Source: Amoebophrya sp. A120 (Eukaryota; Protista; Dinoflagellata). Taken from it: a DNA stretch of 64,000 nt. The notes beneath the pieces are model-generated. The model did not search any database, had not been told where the DNA came from, and was given only the letters and a program-made list of their open reading frames with translations. Location: positions 166,254 through 230,253 of the forward strand of contig CAJINV010000005.1 of assembly GCA_905178155.1 (NCBI GenBank), read 5' to 3'. The translations under genes and the position numbers were made by a program. Below are positions 1 to 10,900 of this stretch, piece after piece; position 1 is the stretch's first letter, and each line of letters starts with the position of its first letter.

Positions 1-1778
1 CCGTTCGGGTGCACGCTCTTCACTTTGCAAACGCACAAACCGGCCGCGGACCTCTGGATCTCGAGCATCATGCCTAATAGGCACGGGGATACGGAAGTGT
101 CCGCTACGACGCTGATTTTCGTTTCGTGCACCGGGAGGTTGCCGTCCGAGAGACTCTCTGGCCCGTCCTCGTCCGCCCCCGCATCTATGCCGGGCGGTTT
201 TTGCTGGGACGAAAACATGGCTCCCTCGCCCTCCCCGCGCCGCGCCTTGCGGTCGTGCTCCTTGTTATAGAACGAACCCTCATCGCGGTAGAAGCTTTCG
301 CCCTCCCCGTCTCTCCTGGGCGGACTGCGATTCCCCTCTGCGCGGGAGCGTGGGAAGCCGGCTCCTGCCAACTTGTCGGCGAAGGACGCGTCCGCGTTGA
401 GAACATCGGACTCGAGCACGCTACCTACCTGGTCCCCGCGCCGCTCGGGGTGCATCTGCAGGTCGAGCGCGCGTCGCTCCCTTTCGTTTCGCAGCCTGAA
501 AAATTTTTCGTAGTGTGGTCGGGCCAAGGTGCTGTACAAACTGTGTGAAAACCGCAAGGAAAAAATTTCATATACATTCTGGGCGGATTTGTTGTACCTG
601 GTTCGACCTGTACGAAGGACATTTAGTACTGTGACCGAGCGTGATAAAAAAAGCGCTGTATACTTTTTTCTCTGCAGCCGCGCTGATTGTTCTGTCAGGG
701 GTAATTGGTGTCCTATCTTTGTCAACTCATCCTCCATCGCAGAAGTCATGCCGTCGTCGTCGTCCTCTATGCTTGCAAAATTGTGAGAAACAACGTCGAA
801 TTTTTCGCGCCTCATCACGCTTCAATGAAAAAATGCATCTTCTTCATTTTTTGCTGTAGAAACAAGGTAGACACAGACTGCGCTGCACGACTACTTCCAA
901 CATGTCGTCCGCTCTTCGAAAAGAAAAAAAAAGTATGGTCAACATGCAGAGTTCGTGTACTTAACTTGCTGGCTTCAACAAGAACGATAAATTTCGGACT
1001 TTGTTCTCACCCACCAGGAGTCCGCCTGGATATCCTCGAGGCTGCGCGGAAGCGCGCTGTCCGTGTCCCGGAGGAGCATGTAGTCCGGGTGCGTTTCTTC
1101 TGCCATGCGCTGTACCTGGCGAAACATCGTGTGCGACCCCTCGAAGAGAGCAGGTGAAGAGGTAACGGTTGCCGTCGCGTTCTCGTCTTGTGCGTTTTTC
1201 CCACCGTCGGGTGTTCTTTCCTGCTTCCGCGCTTCCATTTCCTCCTGCTCTGTGTCCGACATCGCCGAGGCTCTCTTCCGACTCTTTCGTTTTTTCTTCT
1301 CCTGCTTCATCTTTGTAGTTCTGCTGTCCGACACAGAGGAGCTGTCTTCTTCCCCATTTTCCCCTTCTTCAATGCAGGGGAGCCGCTCGCTAGTACTCAG
1401 GATGACGTGCGGCCTAGGGAGGTTGTCCTCGCGTGCTGAAGCGAAACTAACCACGTGTTGATCGCGGCTTACGGAAGTAGCAGAGAGCATGTCGACATCA
1501 TCTTCGTCAGGGACGTCATGTCCTTCCTCCACCTCGATATTACCGCCGCCGGCGTCAGGAGGATTCATCCTCTCGTGGTCGTCCACCTCGTGTTCAAAAC
1601 TGCTTGGAGTAGTAGTTGTTTCGTGACCAAATGTAGTTGTCCTCCCGTTTTCGACGCGCCCTGCCTGCATCCACTCCGTCTGCTGCTCCATTTCGGCCTC
1701 TTCGACCAGGGAAGCCAGCGAGGTATCTTCGGGGTCGTCGCGCCCTGCAACGACCATGGCTAGGTCGTCGTGAGACAC
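1..1778 (-). CDS. Multi-exon hypothetical protein running off the left window edge (acidic, low-complexity)
   Basis: ORF 975..1778 has a GT donor-like site (WW|gtgaga, ~1010). A second minus-strand frame is open from ~822 to position 1 (FASIEDDDDGMTSAMEDELTK...RALDLQMHPERRG...). A signal-peptide-like start (MAKKLLPHYLFASAIFIFVAG) may lie at ~1908. Exon structure is not fully resolved. Confidence 0.5.
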
Positions 1779-2857
1779 CGGAAGAAGAAATTATGCAACG
1801 AGGGGACAATAGTGCGGATCTGTTATCTGCGGTTGTCAACTACAACCCGCCACAAAAATGAAGATCGCGGAGGCAAATAAGTAGTGTGGCAGCAATTTCT
1901 TCGCCATGTGGTCGTACCTATCGTCAATATTTTTGCGCAGATGATACGGACACGATGAGTTCGTTTTGCTGACCCCCACGTCCTCCGCGGCGACGGCTAA
2001 TCCGCCGTGCTTTGAAAAAAAACTTTTTATTGGAAAAGAATTTTTCAATATGCAAATCAATGAAAAGACTACGACCTTTGCAAAAAGAAAGTGAAAAACA
2101 CCACGAATTTGTGACATCACAAATGAAATGCAGATTCGTTGCGATACGAATTTGGTAACTCGAAGAACGATGCTCATCTCGACACGAGAACGACAAGGAC
2201 AACGAGTGCGATTTGCCAAATCTGCGGTTAACGAGTGCTAGCGAAACACGACAAGGCAACGGGTCGGTGTGAAGATTCATCATTCTCCGCGAGTGCAACG
2301 CGCACGCGATTCATGAAAAGCAATCCACGACTTTTTTTCAAAACAGAAACCGTGAATCGCGCGGATGAAAAGGAATCTGTCGCAAAACAAAGAAAATCGA
2401 GATTACGGAACGCAAAAAGTTCATCTTTGCGTGAAGGCCACAAAAGGTAGACGACACGCGTCCCTTGCTTTTCGAAGTTGAAAACGTTCTTTGAAGTTTT
2501 TCTAACGTATTTGAGAGGTAAGGGAAGAACTGTGGTTAATTTTTTATTTAACACGGTTGAAACAATTGCACCGTGCCCACGGCGTGTGGGAGTCCTCGTT
2601 TGGACTTTTTTCTGAGAGAACTGAGAGCCGGGAATTTTTTGAAACTCCATCACAAAGCATGATGGTTGTCCAACTCCGCGTTCTCTCTTGGTCGTCTCCG
2701 TGTTGAAGTCCCTTCGGCACCAGTTTATTGCTGTCATCGGGTTTGCAGCATCCACCCGAACCCGCATCACCCACTGGCTTTGGACAGCTTCCGAGTGCAG
2801 CCATCTTCTTGGGATCCAGCCAGCAGCGCGACAAAAGGAAACAACCAGTGACCCAGA

Positions 2858-2906
2858 GCAGGCCGACATAGTCTGGGTAACCACAAGAAGGAAGCCCGGG
2901 GTCTGT
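2858..2906 (+). ncRNA. Bulged RNA hairpin, copy 1 (bulge GACAUAGU)
   Basis: gcaggcc(2858-64) pairs with ggtctgt(2900-06); bulge 2865-72; ctgggt pairs with gcccgg; an outer stem accagtg/tactggt is also present. Confidence 0.6.
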
Positions 2907-3162
2907 TACTGGTGATTTTGCTTTTTGCAGTTGTCGCGAGCGATCTGCTGCGTGGGAGGGTCGCCAGTTCTGGAAAGTGATACGACGGTGACACGACCAC
3001 CGTGCCACCGGAGGATAACTCGCTGCTCTAGCCCTCCGGCCGGGCCCTGGAAGTAGAGACTACCTGCTGCTGCCGACGAACGGCGTTTGCCGTCCCCCCC
3101 ACTGGCCGGAAGACGCTAAAAGACAATAAGGAACCGGCGTCCCGCGTAGCAAGTGAACCGAA

Positions 3163-3211
3163 CCCGACCGTCATAGTCCAGGGGTCCCCGACAAAGGCTC
3201 CTGGGGTCGGG
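3163..3211 (+). ncRNA. Bulged RNA hairpin, copy 2 (bulge GUCAUAGU)
   Basis: cccgacc pairs with ggtcggg; bulge 3170-77; ccagggg pairs with ctcctgg; loop contains CCCCGACAAAGG. It caps a longer nested stem spanning 3121-3254. Confidence 0.7.
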
Positions 3212-3618
3212 ATTCGGCGATTTAAGACTACGCAAGCCCGGTCCTTGTTCGTCTCCAGCCAGGAGCGGACAGTGGATTTATCCTCTTACAAAGAGGATTT
3301 TTACTAGCCCGGAACCGCGTGCCGTCGTGTCTGAAGACGAACAACCGTCCCGGAGGAGCGGAATCCGTGCAGGGCCAGCTCGTAGCTTAACCCTCTAGAT
3401 CCTGCAGTACTATCGTGCTGAACTGCCGGGCACCTGCGTCGCCACCGTGCCCCACATTTCCACCGGAGGCCCAAACCGGTGGCGAAGACGACACTTACCG
3501 TTCCCTCCGCTGTCCAGAAGACAATAAAACACAGCAACAGTTCCGAGGAAGGAGCAGCAGCGAAACGAAGAGGCGTGACCACCCGACGCACATCCACCCT
3601 TGCCGTCCTCCTGCCATA

Positions 3619-3667
3619 GCTGGTCGTCATAGTCCGTGCGGCCCCGACAAGGACGCTCGGGATCAGC
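3619..3667 (+). ncRNA. Bulged RNA hairpin, copy 3 (bulge GUCAUAGU)
   Basis: gctggtc pairs with gatcagc; bulge 3626-33; ccgtgcg pairs with cgctcgg (one mismatch); loop contains CCCCGACAAGG. Confidence 0.7.
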
Positions 3668-3935
3668 GGGCTGGAGTACGCGCTACTGTCTTGAAGATCG
3701 AGGTGGTGAGCCGTAGTCGTGTGTGCTCACACTTTCTAGTCTCGTGCAGAACCCCCAAACAAAAAGATCCCAAAAAAGTAAAAGACGGCATCAGGGACAG
3801 TATACAGCTAGCCGCAAAAACAAAAGACCTCAAAAAAGTAAAAGAGTGGCAAGAGGCAACACAGAAATAGCCACCGGGGGTTCTGCTTTCCTCCGTTTTT
3901 CCTTTGCCAATATTGTCGCTGCGTCTCGCGATGAT

Positions 3936-4628
3936 ATGCTGCGCCGCCGGAGCCCGACAGCGATAGAGGAGCTCCTGCGGACAGGTGTGATCACAGAACG
4001 CGAGGCGAAGGAATACCGCGAGAACACGGAGGAAACGAAGCAGCACCTAACCAGCCTGCACCACCTCCCGCTCCTCATCCCCTTCACAAGCAACTATACC
4101 GCGTTGATAAAGGTCGAACGCGACCACGACAACCTAGCGCAGGAAACAGAGGAGAGACGCGGGTGGCTCCGGTCCAAGGAGACATCACAGCAGCACTTCG
4201 CAGCGTCCCGAGGGGATTTCGCGCTCTTTGTCTACGAGTACTGCCCCTGCAACCTCATCGTGGAACTGACGAGGAACAGAGCGCCCGCTCAGGCCCTTGC
4301 CACGACAGAGTCACTACCGCTGACAGTGCGCGACCTCTTGTGCTCCACCCAGCACGACAGTAGCGCGTTTCTGCAGGTTGAGCGGGTTGCCTACGGCCAG
4401 TACAGCCTGGGCATCGTATACGACCCTTTCGGCGGCGACCCGGGCATTACGCTGCTCATCGAAAGGATCGAGGAGAAGGTCGCTCGGGACCTCGCTGAGA
4501 GGACACGAGCGGCGGAGGACCACAACGCGACGCTACTTCAGGAGCTCCACGCCTTGCGAAGGCTGAAGAGGGTGGGGGACACCGGGGGGACGCCGGACGT
4601 CGGGACTCCTGCAGGGGACGGCGAGTAA
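3936..4628 (+). CDS. Putative ORF1 of the LINE (230 aa, C-terminal coiled coil, no recognisable family)
   Basis: First ATG in ORF 3723..4628 is at 3936. Composition is GC-rich like ORF2, on the same strand, ending ~280 nt before ORF2. LLIERIEEKVARDLAERTRAAEDHNATLLQELHALRRLK looks like a coiled coil. Confidence 0.6.
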   Translation: MLRRRSPTAIEELLRTGVITEREAKEYRENTEETKQHLTSLHHLPLLIPFTSNYTALIKVERDHDNLAQETEERRGWLRSKETSQQHFAASRGDFALFVYEYCPCNLIVELTRNRAPAQALATTESLPLTVRDLLCSTQHDSSAFLQVERVAYGQYSLGIVYDPFGGDPGITLLIERIEEKVARDLAERTRAAEDHNATLLQELHALRRLKRVGDTGGTPDVGTPAGDGE

Positions 4629-4911
4629 AGTAGAGCTGTCGCGCACCCCGCAGAGCCGTTTCGCCCCGCCGCGAATTTAGTGTCCCAATCCCGCCGGGCT
4701 AAAACTGCGCTTTCGGAGAAACGGGGACCCGAGATTCCCAGAAACCGCGGCTACAGCTCGGCGGGTTAAGGACTTCTTTTCTCCAAAATCCAAACAACGA
4801 CGTGAATCGCTACTCGGAAGCGGCGACTTTTCCTCCTTAGAGTAGTGCAGCGCAGAGGTCCGCCAGAACCAACCGGAACCTGCTGTGAACAAGCGGCTGC
4901 AGAAACGCGGC

Positions 4912-7900
4912 ATGTTCGGCACGGGAGGCAATCCGGAAGGCCAGTTCCGGTACCAGCAGTGGCCAACAGGCCCACAACAGCGGACCAACAACGTCGTGCA
5001 GCAAAACCCCCCGCAGCAAGGATGGGCGCAGCAAAATACACTACAGCAAACAAACCATGTGCAGCCACAGAGCGTCCAACCTCCCGCGCCAAACTATGGG
5101 GGGCCGGCTTTGGGGCAGGGAGCCACTCCTCTTCCGACAGTAAACGACTACCTCGTATTACACTCGATGCAGGGAGCCGCAGGTGGAGGGCCGACAGGAT
5201 ACCAGACCGCATTCCCAGTCGGGCAGCAGGGCGGCCTCCCGCGATCGGGTGATAGTCTCGGGGCACAGTCAGGTAACTTCTCCGCGCCTGCGTTTGGCAG
5301 TGCCTTCAACCGGCAGCAAGGTGGCGGTGCACATACGATGCTGCCGCCGGCACAGCCGGCGCCAACGCAGCAGACGTCTTTTAGTTTCCAAGACGTGCAG
5401 AGACTACTCGCAGCACAACAGCAACAGCTGCAGCTCCAGCCGGCCGGAGCACAGACCGGGCAAGCGGTGACGCCGGCCACACAGGGTGTGAACCCAGCGG
5501 GAGATGCGACAGGACTCCTGGGGGCCATGACGCAGCACCACCAAGACGTGCGGCATCTGCTGGGGCAGCTGCAAGGGCGAGAGATCGCCGTTCCACTGAT
5601 AACGAGGAACGCTCTTACCGGAGAGCAGACCGGCACGGAGCAGCTCGTAGCTTTGTCAGAGGAGATGCGGGAGGTCCGCAAGGTACTGGAGTCCATGGCG
5701 CACAGCCAAAACGCGGCGGCCCACCAGCAACCCCCGAAGCCCGTCACGGAGGCAGAAGCCAGTGGTAGTACTGGTAAACAACAGCAGCAACTGCTGCAGC
5801 AACTGCAGCAGCAACTGCAAATGCAACAGCAACAGCAACTGCAGCAGCAACAGCAGACGCACCAGCAGCAGCAAACGCACCAGCAACAGCAACTGCAGCA
5901 GCAACAGCAGCAGCCTCATCACCAACACTCCGACCAGATTATCAGCACCCCGACAGCAACACCACCAACCCAAAGCACCTACAACGCGATCCCGCCGGGC
6001 GGTGGCATTGTCATCCCGCAAAGACCCCTCCCTGTTGGCGCCCCGGCAGAAGCGGCCCTGCCCAGGACAGGCGAGGTACGGGCGGGCACACAGCAGTCGC
6101 GAGCGACAGAACGCGGAGCTCGCGAGGAGGCCGCCTACACACGACCGGGGGCGCAAGGACCTGCGCCAAACGCCGGCGGCACCGGTACGATAGGGGTACA
6201 TCAGCAGGGTGCGTGCTACCCCCACCAGGAAATGGACCTCGTGACGGTCCTGACCCTCATCCTGGAAGAGCAGTTCCGCCGGGTCTTCCGGGCCCTACAG
6301 AACCACGGCCTGCTGGCGCTTGTCGTTGTCGCCGTCGGAATAGCGGTGCAAATAAACTCGCACTACATGGCCAACCCGGGAGCTTCGATGATGATTGGGG
6401 GACACGCGGGGGCGGAGCTGGAGGAAGAGACGGTCGTCTCGGGCCAGATCCCGGGGCACCTTTACCTCGACCGGGAGGGAGAATACGGAAGCCCAGCGCT
6501 GCGCCGGGTCTTCCCGGACCTAAGAACGGGACCGGAGCCCAGTGCTGCTGCTTTCCACCATGGGCGGTGGCACCCAGACCCGTCGGTGCTGTCGCCGCTA
6601 GGCGCCGTCGCGATAGTAGTGTGCACGGGCACGGCGCTGGGGGTGGTATACGTCGTCGCAGACGCATGCCGGCGCGCCTGCTCGAACAGAACGCCGCCTC
6701 CAGGATGGGGCGCCGATGTAGCAGCGACTCCGATCCAACACGCGTGTCCCCAGGCCCACGCAAATACCCCCGCCTCACACCAAGAATTGGTGACGCAGCG
6801 CGACCTGCTCCCTGGACACAGCAGCCGACAAGTAGGGGGCGCAATAACACAAATCCAGCAGGCCCCCCCTGCCCTTCCTGCACATGATGAAACAGCAGCG
6901 GCGAATCATCAGGATGGCAACACAGCAGCGGCGAGGGAGCCTGCTCTCCCGCGGGTCCGGCAGGAGCAGGAGGTCCAGCCAGAACAGACTCCTCCTGGCC
7001 TGGGGCGTGCTGCCGGGACGCAGGCCGCAAGCGGACCTGCGCAGGGGGAAGCCCTGCAACACATCTCCAACTCCGGAACAAGAGCAATGCTTGCAGCGGC
7101 GCACCCGACAGCAGAGCAACAGAGGCTCCTACGGCAGCCGCCCGGGCTGGAAGGCAGCGACGCCAGTGGCGTTGCAGCCCCTGTACTACAAGCGGAGCAA
7201 CTAAATCGCGTGCAAGGGGGTGGGAGTAGTAGCAGTAACACAGGGCGCGCCAGTGTTGGCCTTGACGGGGACGAAGACCCGGAAGAAGCTGCGCGTGCGG
7301 TCGAAGGCGTTGTGTCGGTCCAGGACCTCCCACACTACCAGAACACCGAGTTCTGCGTTGTAGTCGGCCTGGGGGACACGCTAAAACAAGCAGCAGCAAC
7401 ACGGCGCTACTACTGCTCGCACTGCACGTACAGCCGCGGGTACGCGGGTAGGGTCCAGGGCTTCAGCGAGCACATCGCAAAGGCGCACAAGAAGTGCACC
7501 ACCTTCCTCTTACCCGAGTGTAGCCGGGGGAAGGAGGTCAAGTACTACACCCGCCACGTGGTCGGGCCGGCCAAGGGCGCAGCGAAAAGCGAGGAAGAGC
7601 AGTACGGTGTCAAGCACCCAGTCGTGCAAGGGGCTGTGCGGGTCGCGCAGTGGAACTGCCAGTCGCTCAACCAAAGCGACGAAGCGGCGGCTTCTGTGAA
7701 GGGGGCGGCGCTGCGCCAGCTGCTTGAGGAGCACGAGGTGGACTTGTGCCACCTCCAGGAAACCTGGCGCGGTGAAGAGTTCCTCCGCGAGTTTCTCCAG
7801 CGCCACGTCCCGGGCTGGGAGGTGCTTGAAGTCTGTGAGTCCGAAGGCAGCGGGGGAGGGGCTGCCAGCATCGTACGAGAGGGGCGAGTAGGTGTCGTGA

Positions 7901-10900
7901 AGTCAGACCCGGACTTCCGCATTGTCGCGGAGGGCGGGAAGAACGTTGCCTCCACCTGCGCCACCCTGTTCAACCTCGACACGGGCAAGGAGTGGGGCGT
8001 AAGCGCGAACGTCTACACTCCTCCGGGAATCCCCGCCCTACCGGCAATCAACATGCCGCCGGGGAAGGAGATTGCAATTTCCTGGGACGCGAACCACACA
8101 CAGGAGCCGCGGGCGACCCAGGTGAAGACCTGGGCAACTGCGCAGGCGCTGGAGTTCTACACCACCCCGCTGCCGACCCGGCCTGCGTCGAAGACCTCGC
8201 CGGACGTAGTGTTGCTGACCGGAGGACTACTCGCCCGGGCTGCCGAACTACAGCCGCAGGGGCCAGCAGTGTGCCTCGTCGGCGGCGACCATGCGGCCCT
8301 GGTCTTCGACTTGGTGGAGCCACGTGCCGATCAGCGTCCGGGGAAGCAGAACTTCACCGCCAGCAACACAGCAAAAGACGACGCCGGGGGAGGAGGGGCG
8401 GGACGAGGCCGCGCTACTGGCTCGGGGCAGAAGGCTGACCAAGGCCTCCGGGGCACACAGGACGCCGGTTCCGAAACACAGGGAGCAGGAGGAGGGGGTG
8501 GGAAAGTAAATCTCACCGGGAGGCAAAAGAAGGTTCTTCGCAAGGAGAAGTTCGAGCGCCTTCGGGCCCAGCGCGCGAACAAGCACAGCGCGGACGCGCA
8601 GAGTAGCACAGGGGAGAAACGACTGCCGGTCTTGCCGGGGCTGGGTTTGCTAGTTGCCGCAGTCTCCGGGCTGGCACCGGTAGTCCCCTCATTTGGCGGC
8701 CCCACACCGGTCCCGACACCAAGCACAGAAACGCCATCTGCGCCGGCCCCCGGGGCGGTCGCGACCCTCCCGACGGACCCCACGGCAGCTCCGTGGAGCC
8801 CGGACTTCTGGCAGGAACCACTCCCCACAACGACGAGGCGCACGCGACTGAACTTCAACCGGGCGGACTGGGACTTGTACCGCGCAGACATGCGCACCTT
8901 CCTCCGGGACCACCCGGCACCACTGTCGGTCGAGGCCAAGTTCGCACACATCCGCGCTGCGATACAAGCCGCCGCGCACAGGTCCATCCCGCGCAGCAAT
9001 GTCACGAGAAAGAGACACAGGCAGCCGCGGTGGCAAACAGGCACGGAGCTAGACCTCGCACTGAAAGAGCGGGGAGAGTGCATGAAGCGCGTGGCCTTCG
9101 CACCGCCGGCGGAGCGACTGTTCTGGCGCACCGCGTTACGGCGCGCGACGGCGCGTGTAGCAAGCGCCGAGGCCAGCAGGAGGGACGACGAGTTCGGGCA
9201 AAAGCTCGAGCAAGCGGAGCAGACAACCAGTGGGGCCTTCCGGCTTTTGCGGGAACTAGAAGGGCGGCCGCCGCCGAAGCAGCAGACCACCGCGCTGCGA
9301 TACGCGGGGAAGCTGGTGTTCAAAAAGCTCGCATGTGTCTTGGCGCATTTCTATGGGTCCCACCCGGTGCTGGACCCCGGGGCCGAACGAGTGGCCTGGG
9401 ACCAATACCAGCACACACTAGCGGAAGAGCTAGCGCCGAGCACAGCGTTGAGCTTGGAGCTGGACGACGTGGAGTTCGCTTTGCGGGGACAGAAGCCGGG
9501 CGGGGCTCCCGGGCCAGACAGCATCCACGGGGTGCTGCTGAAAAACCTCCCGCAACAGGGCAAGCAGCTCTTGCGCGCAACCTTCGAGCAAGGGGTCACC
9601 GAAGGCGTGACGCCGGAGGTAATGCGGCTAGAAGTCTGTGTACCAGTACCAAAGCCCGGCCGTGCCGCGGACCTTCCCAAATCCCTCCGGCCGGTGGCCT
9701 TGACGTCGTGCTTGGGGAAAGTCTGGGAACGCACAGTACTGCGGCGCCTGCGGCTAACCTTCCAGGCGGAGGGGGCCCCGTTGTACAGCAAGAACCAGTA
9801 CGGGGACACACCCGCAAGAAGCGCGACGGACCACACGGCAACGCTGGGGGCCCTGGCCTCCGACACCCTGCGCAAGAACCGCCGCAGGGCGACGTGCTTC
9901 TTGGACCTGAGCTCGGCCTTTGAGCGCGTGTGCCCGCCGCTGTTCCTCAACGGACTACTGGAGCGGCGGCACGAGTTTAAAAACCCGGCACGAAAACAGG
10001 AGTTCCTGCTGCTCACGCGGTGGATCTGCTCCTTCGTCACCAACCGACGCCGGGTGGTGAGGTTCAACAACGAGACCTCCCAGGCCGTCCCGCTGCGCCA
10101 GGGGGTCCCGCAGGGCACGTGCCTCGGGCCGCTGGTCTGGTGCAGTTTCGCCGACGTACTGCTCCGAGAGCTGCAGAAGAAGTGCCCGAGGGTGCAAGTC
10201 CTCGCGTACGTGGACGACTTGGCGCTCACACTGGAGTACGGCCCCGGGGAAACAGGGGAAGCACAGAAACTCCTCCAGGCTGCCCTGGACGTGGTCGCCG
10301 ACTTCTGCAGCCGGAGCAATATGGAGCTTTCCCCCGGGAAGTGTTCGTATATCGTCTTCCAGAACGAGTTTGCATGCGACTTGGATGCGCTCGCCCTGCA
10401 CCACGACGGGGAGAGGCTCGTCTACGACCCCTACCCACGCTTTCTCGGTGTGTGGTTTGATCGCAAGTTGACATTCTGTCGGCACTTTGCAGTCATATCC
10501 GAAACCCTGACCAAGAGGATGGCGGCGGTGCGCATCCTCTCGCGTGCGTTGGGCGCCGGGTCGAAGTCCGTCCGGGCTTTTTACCAGTTATTCTGCGAAA
10601 GCGTCCTCACGTATGGGCTAACAACATACTGGAACGGGCTCGGGGCGAAGGAAGCGGCCGCCCTGAACAGTTTCCAGCTGGAGGGGGCCAAAGAAGTGCT
10701 GGGCTTTCCGAAGTTCAGACAGGTGAACCGCGCCTGCGCACTTATGACGGCCGGCCTGTTGTCGCTCCCAGAGCTCTACCAAGTGGAAAGCACGGCGCTC
10801 ACGGCCCGCGCTTTCTCACGCCCGCCCGGGGACGCGCTGCGGGAGGTCGCGAACACCTCGAGCGTAGACTGGCTAGAAACCGGCTTGCAAGTGATCGACG

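Noticed and set aside
2570-3120. HDV-like or hammerhead ribozyme at the LINE 5' end
   Set aside because: I could not build the nested double pseudoknot or find a CUGANGA...GAAA core by eye. A descriptor search would be needed to exclude it fully.
3114-3270. Twister-ribozyme-like words (taa...ccgg.gtccc...aagcccgg...gag)
   Set aside because: The GC needed for the second pseudoknot is absent, and the segment folds more simply as one long hairpin.
6370-6384. Possible 2A peptide (MANPGA) in ORF2, as found in some Ingi elements
   Set aside because: It does not match DxExNPGP.
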